Below, in pieces: positions 19,588 through 29,662 of a stretch of 64,000 nt of DNA. The translations under genes were made by a program, and so were the position numbers. The notes under the pieces are model-generated. The model saw only the letters and a program-made list of their open reading frames with translations, searched no databases and had not been told where the DNA came from. Source of the stretch: Candidatus Collierbacteria bacterium UBA2277 (GTDB taxonomy: Bacteria > Patescibacteriota > Microgenomatia > UBA1400 > MFAQ01); assembly GCA_002347045.1 (NCBI GenBank), contig DDWV01000001.1:355844-419843 (forward strand). The letters run 5' to 3'. The first letter of the stretch is position 1; the number at the start of each line of letters is the position of its first letter.

Positions 19588-20249
19588 TCTTCCTCGATTA
19601 CTATAGACTCAATTACGACATCTTCAAGGGGCTTGTCGGAACCGTTTGTGGGGACTGTTGCGATATCGTCAACAGTTTTGAGACTGGCGGTGTCAGAAGG
19701 GTCTATACGACCAAAGATGGTGTAGTTTGGTGGAAGAGGATAATCTTTGTGCATAATGAAAAACTGAGAACCATTGGTGTTGGGACCAGAGTTGGCCATG
19801 GCAATGGTACCCCTTGAGTATTTTTCAGTAACGGGCTCATCTGCAAATTTGTATCCTGGACCACCTGTACCAGTGCCGTTTGGGTCACCACCCTGAATCA
19901 TGAATCCTTCAATTATGCGATGAAAAATAATGCCATCATAGAATGGTTTTTCGGAAACTAGTTTTTTTGTAACTGGACTAACTTTTGTTCCCTTTGCTAG
20001 TTCGACGAAGTTTCTAACTGTGTTTGGGGCGACTTTGGGGAAAAGAGCGACCTTCATAGTGCCCTTGTTTGTTTTTATAACTGCGGTGATATTTTCTGCT
20101 AGTGTTTCAGGTGTTTGATTTGTGTCTTCCATATTTGTTGGGGCGACGGTAACGTCTTTAATTTGATAACTGGGAACTTTTGGCACTTTTTGTGCAGTGC
20201 AACCTGCCAACGCCAAAGCTCCAATGATAATTGCAATATACTTCTTCAT
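19584..20249 (-). CDS. cyclophilin-type peptidyl-prolyl cis-trans isomerase, lipoprotein
   Basis: 221 aa. Lipobox LALAGC. FHRIIEGFMIQGGDP...GTGGPGY cyclophilin signature. Confidence 0.85.
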   Translation of the reverse strand: MKKYIAIIIGALALAGCTAQKVPKVPSYQIKDVTVAPTNMEDTNQTPETLAENITAVIKTNKGTMKVALFPKVAPNTVRNFVELAKGTKVSPVTKKLVSEKPFYDGIIFHRIIEGFMIQGGDPNGTGTGGPGYKFADEPVTEKYSRGTIAMANSGPNTNGSQFFIMHKDYPLPPNYTIFGRIDPSDTASLKTVDDIATVPTNGSDKPLEDVVIESIVIEEE

Positions 20250-20258
20250 AGCTGTTTA

Positions 20259-20969
20259 TTATAAAGAAAAATTTGTGTCTCCGGAGGAGATCTTTGAAAT
20301 TATGTCTTCAGACTCTCTTTTTCTAATGGGTAAACTGTGTTCTATGGCAATTTGAAGTGACTCTTGAGCAAGTTTGCTCGCTTCTTCTAGATTTCCTTCT
20401 TTTGCATAAATTTTTGCCAGTCCATTTAGAGTTCCTGTTTCCCAGGTTCTAACTTTGGAACTGGTCATGTCTCCCCTGCGAATATCCTCAAGGGACTCTT
20501 TGATAATTTCGATACCATTATCTTTGTCTCCCAAAACAAACTTGACACCTCCAATGTGGCTTTTTATCCTTCCCTTTTCGGACTGGTCACCAGTAGATAC
20601 TTCGTATGATTTTTCAAACAATGGTAGGGATTCTTGGAACTTTTCATTCATTACAAGTGCGTCTGCAAGACCAATGTATGATGTGGAAAGTGTAATACCG
20701 TCAAGGGCTTCTTTGTTCTTTTCGGCGATATCGTAGGCTTCTTGAGCGAAGGCAAGGGTAAGATTTTTGTAGATAGAGCTATTTTCTTTTCTGAAGAGAA
20801 TTTTGTAAACAAGACTCTGGCCTGAAAGGCAGTGAACTAACTGACTTAGATCACCTGATGGAATGAGCTGAATAAGGCAATCGGTGTAAAGTTTGGTGGA
20901 CTCTGAGTACTGTCCTTTTTCTCTGAGGGAGTTTGCTTCACCGAGTTTTTGTTCTACTTGGCTATCCAT
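20259..20969 (-). CDS. TPR-repeat protein
   Basis: 236 aa. Repeated 34-aa A/L/Y/G-patterned helices (e.g. EASKLAQESLQIAIEH, AYDIAEKNKEALDG). Confidence 0.5.
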   Translation of the reverse strand: MDSQVEQKLGEANSLREKGQYSESTKLYTDCLIQLIPSGDLSQLVHCLSGQSLVYKILFRKENSSIYKNLTLAFAQEAYDIAEKNKEALDGITLSTSYIGLADALVMNEKFQESLPLFEKSYEVSTGDQSEKGRIKSHIGGVKFVLGDKDNGIEIIKESLEDIRRGDMTSSKVRTWETGTLNGLAKIYAKEGNLEEASKLAQESLQIAIEHSLPIRKRESEDIISKISSGDTNFSL

Positions 20970-20991
20970 AACTTCATGATAACATGATTGT

Positions 20992-21294
20992 ATGCAGATG
21001 CCGGTAATTGTGGGTGTTTTAGTGGGTATTATTTTTTTAGTTGCTTTTTCTGAGTGGTTTTATCACTTGGTTTCAGGAATGAAGGAATATGTACTAGACG
21101 ACATTTATTTTCGATACAGAATTGCTGGATTTTCTGCGATATCAATTCTTGTTATGTTTGGCACTTTTTATGGACTGGCACTCGTGAATGAGTGCCCTAA
21201 AGAAACGGGGGAAGGCATATTCGCAAACCTAAAATGTGCAGAATACTTGAAAATAAAAGTTGAGGCAGAGAAGCTACTTTTTTCGGGTGAGTAG
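20992..21294 (+). CDS. small hypothetical membrane protein
   Basis: 100 aa, two TM helices. Confidence 0.4.
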   Translation: MQMPVIVGVLVGIIFLVAFSEWFYHLVSGMKEYVLDDIYFRYRIAGFSAISILVMFGTFYGLALVNECPKETGEGIFANLKCAEYLKIKVEAEKLLFSGE

Positions 21295-21594
21295 TTTTTC
21301 TAGTGAGACAACAAAGTTGTAGATAATCTTTTCTATGAAGGAGCGTTTGTTTAAGTTTGTAGATCCATTTACTGGATTCCACCAGGCAGAGGTCACCACC
21401 CAATCACTTCCTTGGCGTTTAACAGCAGCGACTATTTTGTAGCCATGAATGGTCTTGATGTGTTTGTTTGAGTTTGTAGAGTTGCTTTTTTGTACCTCAT
21501 CCGGAAAACGAATAGCAGTGTCTACCCAAGAAGGACTAAGGCCTCTCTGCTTAATTCTTTCATAAAGATGGTTTGTCCAGATTACTTTGCCCAT
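21274..21594 (-). CDS. small hypothetical protein, DUF4258-like
   Basis: 106 aa. N-terminal IWTNHLYERIKQRGLSPSWVDTAI resembles the H-A-x-x-R-x-x-E-R-G-I motif of the DUF4258 family. The start abuts the SDR stop. Confidence 0.35.
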   Translation of the reverse strand: MGKVIWTNHLYERIKQRGLSPSWVDTAIRFPDEVQKSNSTNSNKHIKTIHGYKIVAAVKRQGSDWVVTSAWWNPVNGSTNLNKRSFIEKIIYNFVVSLEKLLTRKK

Positions 21595-22629
21595 TTACTT
21601 GATAAGATTCACGAGGTCTGGATCTTCGGCCAAAGGGTTGACGACTGGAGAGCCCGAGGTTTCAAGAGGGGGCGCTGATGGTGTAGATGGCTCAGAGGAA
21701 ACAGGAGTTTGAGAAGGAGTAGGTATATCGGTAACGGGTGTTTCTGGAATTTGAGTTTCTGTCGGAACTGGGGTTGAGAATGAAGAGTCTGCTCCAGGAG
21801 TGATATCGATTATTCCGGGGGTTGGAGTAGCTGGCGGTATAACTGGGGAAGGGGACATTTTGGGAGAGTCGTCTTGAGGAGTGATCATGTTTGGATCGAT
21901 GTTTAGGTCAATAACGGGTGAGCTTGTGTTGTCCATAGAGTTTGTAGTATTTAAAATGTTTTTAATACCGACATCTGGTAAATAGGTGTTGGGTTTTAAG
22001 TTTATAACATAATCTATAAGTGACGCCACTTCAGACGGATCCAAGGAGTTTTTAAGATCTCTTTGAACACCGCTTTTTTGAAAAAGTGAGGTATTTAAAA
22101 GACCCGGATATACTCCTGTTACTTTGATGTTTTCTGAGGATAGATCTTCTTGAAGACATTTTGTGAAGCCGGTTATTGCCCATTTTGAAGCATGGTATAC
22201 AGAACGATCTCTTTTTGCACTGAGTCCATCCTGAGAAATAATATTGATTATTAATCCCGACTTTTGGGATTTAAGACTGGGCAAAACGGCCTTTGTAAGT
22301 AAAATTGTTCCTGAAGTATTAACATCGATTACTTCTTTGACTTTTTCTGGACTGTTTTCATCGAGAGTGCCATCTATCCAGATACCCGCGTTGTTTACCA
22401 GTACATCTATTTTTTTATGTTTGGCTATTACCTGATCTACAGCTGACTGTATAGAGTTAAAATCAGTGAGCTCAGCCTCGACATAATCACAACCCAACTC
22501 CTCTGCTGTGGCTTTGAGCTTGGAAAGATTATGAGCAAGAATGACGACTTGATTATCTAGGGAAAGCTTTTTAGCTATCGCCTTTCCAAGTCCATCGCTT
22601 CCTCCGGATATGAGAACTACCTTGGGCAT
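21595..22629 (-). CDS. short-chain dehydrogenase/reductase (SDR) with ~100-aa Pro/Thr/Ser-rich C-terminal tail
   Basis: 344 aa. GGSDGLGKA Rossmann motif, NNAG, YHASKWA catalytic YxxxK. The tail is PT-rich low complexity. Confidence 0.8.
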   Translation of the reverse strand: MPKVVLISGGSDGLGKAIAKKLSLDNQVVILAHNLSKLKATAEELGCDYVEAELTDFNSIQSAVDQVIAKHKKIDVLVNNAGIWIDGTLDENSPEKVKEVIDVNTSGTILLTKAVLPSLKSQKSGLIINIISQDGLSAKRDRSVYHASKWAITGFTKCLQEDLSSENIKVTGVYPGLLNTSLFQKSGVQRDLKNSLDPSEVASLIDYVINLKPNTYLPDVGIKNILNTTNSMDNTSSPVIDLNIDPNMITPQDDSPKMSPSPVIPPATPTPGIIDITPGADSSFSTPVPTETQIPETPVTDIPTPSQTPVSSEPSTPSAPPLETSGSPVVNPLAEDPDLVNLIK

Positions 22630-22638
22630 TAATTCATT

Positions 22639-25269
22639 CTACCCTAGTTTGGGATAGTGACATGATTTCCATTTTTTGCCACTTCCGCACCAGCAAGGAT
22701 CATTTCTACCCAGTTTTTTTTCTGTTTTTGGCGAAGCATTTTTTTCGCTCCCAGATGTTTTTTCTACACCTTTGAGAGGTTTGGCTAAAGCCGCGGGTGC
22801 CTCAACTTGAACGCGGAAAATACGGTGAGAAGCGACTGAGTCAATTCTGGAAAGAAGACTTTCGAACATGGAAAACGACTCTTGTTTGTACTCTACGAGG
22901 GGATCTTTTTGGGCGTAACCTCTAAGACCAATACCATCACGAAGGTTGTCTATAGCATCAAGATGATTCATCCATAGTTCATCGCTAGACTCAAGCAGAA
23001 CATATTTTTCTATCTGGGCAAGAGTTTCATCACCAAAACGCTCTTTCTGAGATTTACGAGCCTGAGAGATTATTTTTCCTAGCATTTCTTTTACTTCTTC
23101 AACTTCTTTGCCAACCAGACTCTTTTCAACTATGTCTGCTGATCTTGGATCGATGGGAAGAATAGACTGGAACTCTTTGATGATTTGGTCTGCTTCAGTT
23201 TTGTTTATGCCTGATGCCGAGTAAATATTGGCAAGATAGTCAACTTCTTTTTCTAGAGCCTGATCAATTCTTTTGGCTGAGACTTCAGGACCGCCAGAAA
23301 GAATGTTTAGACGACGTTTGTAGAAAATCTGACGTTGTTTGTTCATAACATCGTCATACTCCACAAGATGTTTTCTCTGATCAAAGTAGAAAGACTCAAC
23401 CTTGGTCTGAGCTGTTTCGATGGCTTTGGTGACCATACCGGCCTCAAGAGGCTGATCTTCTGGAACCTTAAGAAAGTCCATAAGACGTCCAACTTGTTCA
23501 CCGCCAAAAATGCGCATAATATCATCTTCGAGTGAGATATAAAAACGACTAGATCCAGGATCTCCCTGACGACCTGATCGTCCACGAAACTGATTATCTA
23601 TGCGACGAGACTCGTGGCGTACCGCACCGATAATGCACAAACCGCCTGCTTTTTTGACCTCTTCAGCCTCTTTTTCCCATTCTTTGATGTCTCTACCTCG
23701 GCTATCGCCTCCTAAAACAATATCAACTCCACGACCAGCGATGTTTGTAGCAACAGTAACAGCCCCGAAGCGTCCGGCCTCTGAGATAATCTGAGCTTCA
23801 TTTTCGTGGTTTTTGGCGTTTAGAACTTGATGAGGAATGCGTTTCTTTTTGAGGTACTGAGTTAGAACGTCGTTTTGTTCTATTGATTTTGTGCCGATTA
23901 GAATTGGCTGGCCGCTTGCGTGTATCTCTGCAACCTCGGCAACTAAAGCTCCGTACTTGGCCCTCTGGGTTTTGTAGACAATGTCAGAGAGGTCTTTTCG
24001 AATTAGGGGTCTATTTGTGGGGATAATAATTACGTCTAGATTGTAGATTTTTTTGAACTCTTCTGCTTCGGTAGCAGCAGTACCTGTCATGCCGGCAAGC
24101 TTTTGATATAGCCTAAAGTAGTTTTGAAGAGAAATTGTAGCGAGGGTACGACTTTCTTGTTGGACTTTGACGGACTCTTTGGCTTCTATGGCTTGGTGCA
24201 AACCGTCTGAGTATCGTCGGCCAAACATAAGGCGACCAGTGTGGTCATCAACGATTACAACTCCGTCATCTTTAACTACATAGTCTCTGTCTTTAACAAA
24301 AAGAGTGTGGGCCTTGAGGGCTTGTTCGAGGTGATGAAGAGTTTCGTATTGCTGTTGATATAAGTTTTCCACATTGAGGATTTTTTCGAGTTTACGAAGA
24401 CCGTGATCTGTGAGATTAGCTGTCCTTTGTTTTTCGTCTACCTCGTAGTCTGTGTCAGAGGAAAGGGTACGAATGAGCTGAGCAAAACGAAGATACTGGT
24501 CTGTGGCTTCCATATCGGGGGCTGAGATGATCAAAGGTGTTCGAGCTTCATCTATTAGGATCGAGTCGACTTCGTCGACAATAGCGAAGTGATGCGATCG
24601 CTGAACGAGTTGTTCTACTGAACGAGCCATGTTGTCTCTTAGGTAGTCAAAACCAAATTCATTGTTTGTTCCGTATGTTATGTCACAGCGATAGGCTTCG
24701 GAACGAGCTGCCGGCCTAAGATGCTGTAAACGAACATCTACATGAGTAGTATTAGTAAAATCAGGATCATAAACAGAAGCTGGTAGATCCCCTTGGCCTG
24801 AGAAAATACAGCCAACGGAAAGACCTAGAAAATTAAAAACTGGTCCCATCCAACCGGCGTCACGTCTGGCGAGGTAGTCGTTGACAGTAACTAAATGAGC
24901 GCCTTCTCCAGTGAGAGCATTAAGAACCATGGCGGGTACGGCTGCGAGGGTTTTTCCTTCACCAGTTTTTTGTTCGGCTATCTTACCCTGATGAAAAACA
25001 AGAGAAGCCATGATCTGAACATCATACGGTCTAAGGCCGAGAGTTCTAACAGCTGCTTCTCTGACTAAAGCAAACACTATGGGGAGCACGTCTTCTAAAG
25101 ATTTGTCGTTTTGAAGCTCTTCTCGAATCTGGGCGATCTCTGCCGGAAAGTCGTCATCCTTCATCTTTTTGACCTCTTTTTCGAGATCGTTGATGATAGC
25201 AACTGTCCTTTTGAGTTTTTCGACTTCTATTTTGTTTGGATTAAAAATTGGGTCTAAGAATGAGAACAT
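22639..25269 (-). CDS. secA: preprotein translocase ATPase SecA
   Basis: 876 aa. DEAD-like motor motifs. C-terminal zinc-binding CWCGSGKKWKSCH. Confidence 0.95.
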   Translation of the reverse strand: MFSFLDPIFNPNKIEVEKLKRTVAIINDLEKEVKKMKDDDFPAEIAQIREELQNDKSLEDVLPIVFALVREAAVRTLGLRPYDVQIMASLVFHQGKIAEQKTGEGKTLAAVPAMVLNALTGEGAHLVTVNDYLARRDAGWMGPVFNFLGLSVGCIFSGQGDLPASVYDPDFTNTTHVDVRLQHLRPAARSEAYRCDITYGTNNEFGFDYLRDNMARSVEQLVQRSHHFAIVDEVDSILIDEARTPLIISAPDMEATDQYLRFAQLIRTLSSDTDYEVDEKQRTANLTDHGLRKLEKILNVENLYQQQYETLHHLEQALKAHTLFVKDRDYVVKDDGVVIVDDHTGRLMFGRRYSDGLHQAIEAKESVKVQQESRTLATISLQNYFRLYQKLAGMTGTAATEAEEFKKIYNLDVIIIPTNRPLIRKDLSDIVYKTQRAKYGALVAEVAEIHASGQPILIGTKSIEQNDVLTQYLKKKRIPHQVLNAKNHENEAQIISEAGRFGAVTVATNIAGRGVDIVLGGDSRGRDIKEWEKEAEEVKKAGGLCIIGAVRHESRRIDNQFRGRSGRQGDPGSSRFYISLEDDIMRIFGGEQVGRLMDFLKVPEDQPLEAGMVTKAIETAQTKVESFYFDQRKHLVEYDDVMNKQRQIFYKRRLNILSGGPEVSAKRIDQALEKEVDYLANIYSASGINKTEADQIIKEFQSILPIDPRSADIVEKSLVGKEVEEVKEMLGKIISQARKSQKERFGDETLAQIEKYVLLESSDELWMNHLDAIDNLRDGIGLRGYAQKDPLVEYKQESFSMFESLLSRIDSVASHRIFRVQVEAPAALAKPLKGVEKTSGSEKNASPKTEKKLGRNDPCWCGSGKKWKSCHYPKLG

Positions 25270-25287
25270 ACGATTTGATTATACTTG

Positions 25288-25917
25288 CTAGACAAGAGAT
25301 ATGATGACGTTTGAGGGAGTATGGGTTTTGATAAAGAAAAAATGAAGTGAGATTGAGCGAAAAAATGCGAGAGATGCTTTTTTGTATCCATACCACCAAA
25401 CTCTGTTTACCAATACGAAACGAGAGTGTTTTTTAAGCTTTTTGAAAAACTCTGGCGATTGAAGCTTTTTGGGGATGTCTCTGCCAACAAAGCAGTCCAC
25501 CATCACCAGATCATAGATATCACTGTTTTGGAGATTGTTTACGTAAGAAAGGGCATCGTCTATGACAATCTCTAGATTTTTTATCTTGGAAAGATAAAAA
25601 TATTTTTTGCCAAGCTTGATCATTGAGGGATCTATCTCTACTGCAGAGATACTAGCTTTGGGAAAGTACTGATTTACGAGACGAGCGTTGCAACCTCCAG
25701 CAAGACCAAGGATAAGAACCTTTTGAGGTTTAAAAGACTTGGGTAAAAAAGAGGTAATCCCCTTTTTCCAGACACGAGTCATGACATCACCGGACTCTAC
25801 TAAGCCATCTACTACTAAGGTCGATGAGTTTAGATACTTTAGGATTGATATGTTTTTGTTGTACTTTGAGTCGGGAAAATTTATTTTCCGAGGTAGGAAA
25901 AAATCCAGAAGGTTCAT
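25288..25917 (-). CDS. spermidine-synthase-like (PABS fold) methyltransferase-family protein
   Basis: 209 aa. VLILGLAGG...AVEIDPSMIKLGKKYF and DLVMVDCF resemble the PABS/SAM-MTase fold. Function uncertain. Confidence 0.45.
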   Translation of the reverse strand: MNLLDFFLPRKINFPDSKYNKNISILKYLNSSTLVVDGLVESGDVMTRVWKKGITSFLPKSFKPQKVLILGLAGGCNARLVNQYFPKASISAVEIDPSMIKLGKKYFYLSKIKNLEIVIDDALSYVNNLQNSDIYDLVMVDCFVGRDIPKKLQSPEFFKKLKKHSRFVLVNRVWWYGYKKASLAFFRSISLHFFFIKTHTPSNVIISLV

Positions 25918-26970
25918 CTAATTATTTCCTTTCTCCGCTTTTATCTCAGCCTGAATTTTCCTAGCTAAGTCGCCCCACTCTTTGTAGTGAATGTTCAAGC
26001 TATTTTTATTGATACTGATTGGTTCTAGACCTACAGCCAAAAATCCAGCATCGAGTAGGTCGGCTGCTGCCAGATCTCTTTCAAGATATGAGTCGGCTCC
26101 GGAAACTATGGCAACCATAGAGTGACCATCTCGATTTGCAGTGACGATGGTGGAGTAACCGGCGTCTCCGGTGTAGGCAATTTTTAATCCCGTAACTCCG
26201 GGATAAACTCCAAGAAGTCCGTTCCAGTTTGGAAGATAGTAAAAACCATGTGTAGAGGTTTTTTGAATGTCTTGGTTGTCTGATTTGGCAGCCTCAAGTA
26301 TCTCTGGGTAATTTTTTTGTACATTATTTATGAGCTTGGAAAGGTCGAGCAATGTTGAGTACTGATTTTGATCATCTAGTCCATCGGGGTTTACGAAATG
26401 TGAGTTATTTAAACCTAGCATAGTAGCTTTGGCATTCATGTAATAGATAAACTCTGTTTTATTTATTCCGACAGACTTGGCGGCCCCGTCTGCAAGAGTT
26501 TGGGCAGCGTCGTTGGCACTTGTTGCTATTGCAGCACGAAGAAGATCAGAGACCGAGAGCTTTTCACCAACCTTTAAACCAAGGACTGTGGGGACTTTGT
26601 CTATAGATTCTTTTGTGGCTGTTATCAAATACTCCATAGGGACGAGATCTAGAGCCACTTGAGTTGACAAGAGCTTAGTAAATGATGCAGGAGACATGCG
26701 AATATCGGCACCTTTGGCATAGTAAACACGATTTGTGTCGTTGTTGTAGACAATGTAGCGAGGAATTCTTTGGAGGCTAGAAATAGTTTTTGCACTAGAA
26801 ATATCTAGTGGTTCAGTTGTGGAAATCTTTTGGGAGATTTTGTCTGTTTGGTCGGGACCTTGGAAAAAGGGAGAGATTAGGTTCGTGGGAACTATCTTGG
26901 AAATAAAAGGAACAATAAGCGCAGTTGTGGCTAGTGTTAGGAAAATAATTAGAGGAAGTCTTTTATGCAC
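25918..26970 (-). CDS. D-alanyl-D-alanine carboxypeptidase (S11 family, PBP5-like)
   Basis: 350 aa. N-terminal TM or signal. SxxK (SPASFTK), SxN (SAND) and a KTG-like (YTGDAG) motif. Confidence 0.8.
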   Translation of the reverse strand: MHKRLPLIIFLTLATTALIVPFISKIVPTNLISPFFQGPDQTDKISQKISTTEPLDISSAKTISSLQRIPRYIVYNNDTNRVYYAKGADIRMSPASFTKLLSTQVALDLVPMEYLITATKESIDKVPTVLGLKVGEKLSVSDLLRAAIATSANDAAQTLADGAAKSVGINKTEFIYYMNAKATMLGLNNSHFVNPDGLDDQNQYSTLLDLSKLINNVQKNYPEILEAAKSDNQDIQKTSTHGFYYLPNWNGLLGVYPGVTGLKIAYTGDAGYSTIVTANRDGHSMVAIVSGADSYLERDLAAADLLDAGFLAVGLEPISINKNSLNIHYKEWGDLARKIQAEIKAEKGNN

Positions 26971-28237
26971 GTCGAATCTCCGTTTTTCCCATTAGGGGAA
27001 CCAACACTTCTGGAATTTTGATGGAACCATCAGCTTGCTGGTAGTTTTCGAGTATGGCAACTAGCCAGCGAGGAGAGTTACTGGCAGTATTATTTAACAT
27101 ATGAACGAATTTAATTTCGTTTTTTGAGTCACGATATCGAATGTTGGCTCTTCTGGACTGGAAATCCAACATAATGGAGTCTGAAGCAAGCTCGCCGTAG
27201 GAGTTTCTCCCAGGCATCCAAGCTTCTAAATCGTATTTCTTGGCTTGAGGTTCTCCCATGTCGCCAGTACACATCTTGAGGACTCTGTATGGCAGACCAA
27301 GATCTTGGGCTATTTCTTCGGTGAGAGCCATCATCTCTTCGTGAATTTTTTTGGATTCTTCTAAATCATTCTTGCAGATAACAACCTGCTCTGTTTTTAC
27401 AAATTCGTGAACACGATAAACACCTTTAGTGTCTTTGCCGTAACTACCTGCTTCTTTGCGGAAACACGGAGAAAAACCAATCATGCGAAGGGGAAGATCT
27501 TTTTCTAAAAACACTTCATCTTGGTACATGGATACCAGGGGAACTTCGGCTGTTCCAGCCAGGAAAGTTTCTTCCTGACCTTCTTCTGTTTCAAATTTGT
27601 ATGTTTCTTTTTCTCCCCAAGGGAAGTGTCCGGTATTTGTAAAAGACCTTCTCTTTAGAATCACAGGTGGAGTAACTGGGGTGTAACCTTTGGCAATGAA
27701 TTTTTGGAGTGTGTACTGCATGAGAGCAAACTGCAACATCACAGCTTCGTTTTTCAAAAAATATCCTCTAAAACCAGCTACTTTAGAACCTCGCTCTATG
27801 TCTATAAGGTCCAAGGACTCTCCAAGCTCTATATGTGACTTGGGAGTGAAGTCTAGCTTGGGAATTTCTCCCCAGGTACGAACAACCTCATTGGCCGAGT
27901 CGTCTTTTCCTACGGGGACATCGTCTAGTGGAATTCCAGGAACCTGAAGCATAAGAGAGTCATACTCCATCTCAACTTGGCGAAGTTGTGGTTCCAGGTC
28001 TTGAAGCTTTTGCTTTAGTTCACTTGACTTTGCAATTAGTTCTGGGGTACGGGACGTTTTTAGTTCTTCGTTTAGTTTGTTTCTTTCGGATCTGATTGTT
28101 TCAATCTGACCGATAAGATCTCGACGCTTGGCGTCTGAGAGAAGAATGGAGTCAACAACATCAGGGTTTAAATTTTTGTTTGTGATCCCCTTTTTGACTT
28201 TGTCGGGGTTTTCACGAATGTAGGCAATATCAAGCAT
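26963..28237 (-). CDS. serS: seryl-tRNA synthetase
   Basis: 424 aa. N-terminal coiled-coil arm. Class II motifs (FRKEAGS..., GELASDS...). Confidence 0.95.
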   Translation of the reverse strand: MLDIAYIRENPDKVKKGITNKNLNPDVVDSILLSDAKRRDLIGQIETIRSERNKLNEELKTSRTPELIAKSSELKQKLQDLEPQLRQVEMEYDSLMLQVPGIPLDDVPVGKDDSANEVVRTWGEIPKLDFTPKSHIELGESLDLIDIERGSKVAGFRGYFLKNEAVMLQFALMQYTLQKFIAKGYTPVTPPVILKRRSFTNTGHFPWGEKETYKFETEEGQEETFLAGTAEVPLVSMYQDEVFLEKDLPLRMIGFSPCFRKEAGSYGKDTKGVYRVHEFVKTEQVVICKNDLEESKKIHEEMMALTEEIAQDLGLPYRVLKMCTGDMGEPQAKKYDLEAWMPGRNSYGELASDSIMLDFQSRRANIRYRDSKNEIKFVHMLNNTASNSPRWLVAILENYQQADGSIKIPEVLVPLMGKTEIRRA

Positions 28238-28255
28238 GGTTTGATTATATCCTTT

Positions 28256-28843
28256 TTATAATCCTAGGCTTGAGGATACTTTTTGCATAGAAGAAAGACA
28301 GATCTCGATAAAGGTTTCGAGCTTGAGATTGAGACCTTCTTCTTTCTCACAAAGAATTACTTCATCGCGGCGAGTTCCGGCTGCAAAGCGAGGTTCTTTT
28401 AAGAATCGCTTGAGAACGGAGCTGACTTTGACGTCAGCTAGTTTCTTGCTGGGATAGACATATGCAACAGCCATGATCAAGCCAGTGAGAGAGTCGGCAC
28501 AAAAAATTGACCACTGAGCTTTGGATTTGGGTTTTACTCCAGTTTTTTCAGGCGCATGAGCTTTGACGATATCAATAACAGCCTCTGGTACCTCCAAATC
28601 ATATTTCTTAAGAGCTTCTCTAGTTTTATTTGGGTGATCTTCTTTGAAGGGCTCTGAGTAGTCGATGTCGTGAATAAGACCGGCTGTGAGCCAGTCTTCT
28701 TTTGGAGGCTCGGAGGAACTTAGAAGATTATTTTGGGAAAAATAATCATAAAGACCAGACATGCATGCCTGTAAGGCAAGAGAGTGAGTAAATATTTTTT
28801 CGTCCAACTGAGAATTGACCGCAGAAAAATATGCTTCGTTCAT
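28256..28843 (-). CDS. HD-domain phosphohydrolase-family protein
   Basis: 195 aa. H...HD motif (LIHDIDYSE). Confidence 0.5.
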   Translation of the reverse strand: MNEAYFSAVNSQLDEKIFTHSLALQACMSGLYDYFSQNNLLSSSEPPKEDWLTAGLIHDIDYSEPFKEDHPNKTREALKKYDLEVPEAVIDIVKAHAPEKTGVKPKSKAQWSIFCADSLTGLIMAVAYVYPSKKLADVKVSSVLKRFLKEPRFAAGTRRDEVILCEKEEGLNLKLETFIEICLSSMQKVSSSLGL

Positions 28844-28867
28844 AAAGATATTTTAGAACAAAAAATC

Positions 28868-29341
28868 TTATTTAACTTCTTTGATACTGTAGGAGATTAT
28901 TCCAGATGGGGCCTCGACCTCTACACTTTCACCGACTTTTTTGCCCATAAGAGCTTTTCCAAGTGGAGATTCGTGACTGATTTTTTTGGCTGCTGGATCT
29001 GCTTCCCATTCACCCACGATTGTGTACTCATGAGCTGAACCATTAACTTCAATGTGGACTAAGCTTCCGATGCTAACTTGCTCCCCACCTTTTTTTGGAA
29101 GATCGACAACTAAGACACGATTAAGAATGTCTTTAAGTTCTTCTGCACGACCCTCAAGGTTTGAGAGAGCTTCTTTGGCAGAGTGATACTCGGCGTTCTC
29201 AGAGAGGTCACCAAAATCACGTGCACGAGAAAGACGCTCGATAGCTTCAGGTCGCTCTGTTTTTTCTAATTGTTCGAGCTCATCAACCAGTTGGCGATAG
29301 CCAAGAGGTGTCATTTGAACTCTTTGATTTTGCTGGTTCAT
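28868..29341 (-). CDS. greA: transcription elongation factor GreA
   Basis: 157 aa. N-terminal coiled coil. C-terminal FKBP-like domain ...ISHESPLGKALMGKKVGESVEV. Confidence 0.9.
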   Translation of the reverse strand: MNQQNQRVQMTPLGYRQLVDELEQLEKTERPEAIERLSRARDFGDLSENAEYHSAKEALSNLEGRAEELKDILNRVLVVDLPKKGGEQVSIGSLVHIEVNGSAHEYTIVGEWEADPAAKKISHESPLGKALMGKKVGESVEVEAPSGIISYSIKEVK

Positions 29342-29588
29342 ATTATCTTAGTTACAAAATATAAATATAAGGCCTGTTTGTCATTTGTCAATGTATCAAA
29401 ACAGGCATTTGGACCAAAAAAATGAATCTGCGGAACTATTTGATGGAATACCGACAGGTTTTCTTTCGTGGCCTAACGTGATGAATTGTACTCTTTTGAA
29501 CCTGAAATGTCAACATGCATAGTGTCTTTATAAGCATGAAGGGAACATGAAGCACGGAAAATTTGGTAGAATATACAGGTTCGACTAT

Positions 29589-29662
29589 GGTCCCGTCGTC
29601 TAGTGGTCTAGGACATTTGGTTCTCATCCAAAAGATCGCGGGTTCGACTCCCGCCGGGATCA
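29589..29662 (+). tRNA. tRNA-Glu (anticodon CTC)
   Basis: Manually folded cloverleaf. Acceptor GGTCCCG/CGGGATC with one G-U pair. D-arm GTC-TAGTGGTCTA-GGAC. Anticodon stem TTTGG/CCAAA with loop TTCTCAT (U33, C34-U35-C36, A37). T-arm GCGGG-TTCGACT-CCCGC. Discriminator A. No encoded CCA. Confidence 0.85.
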
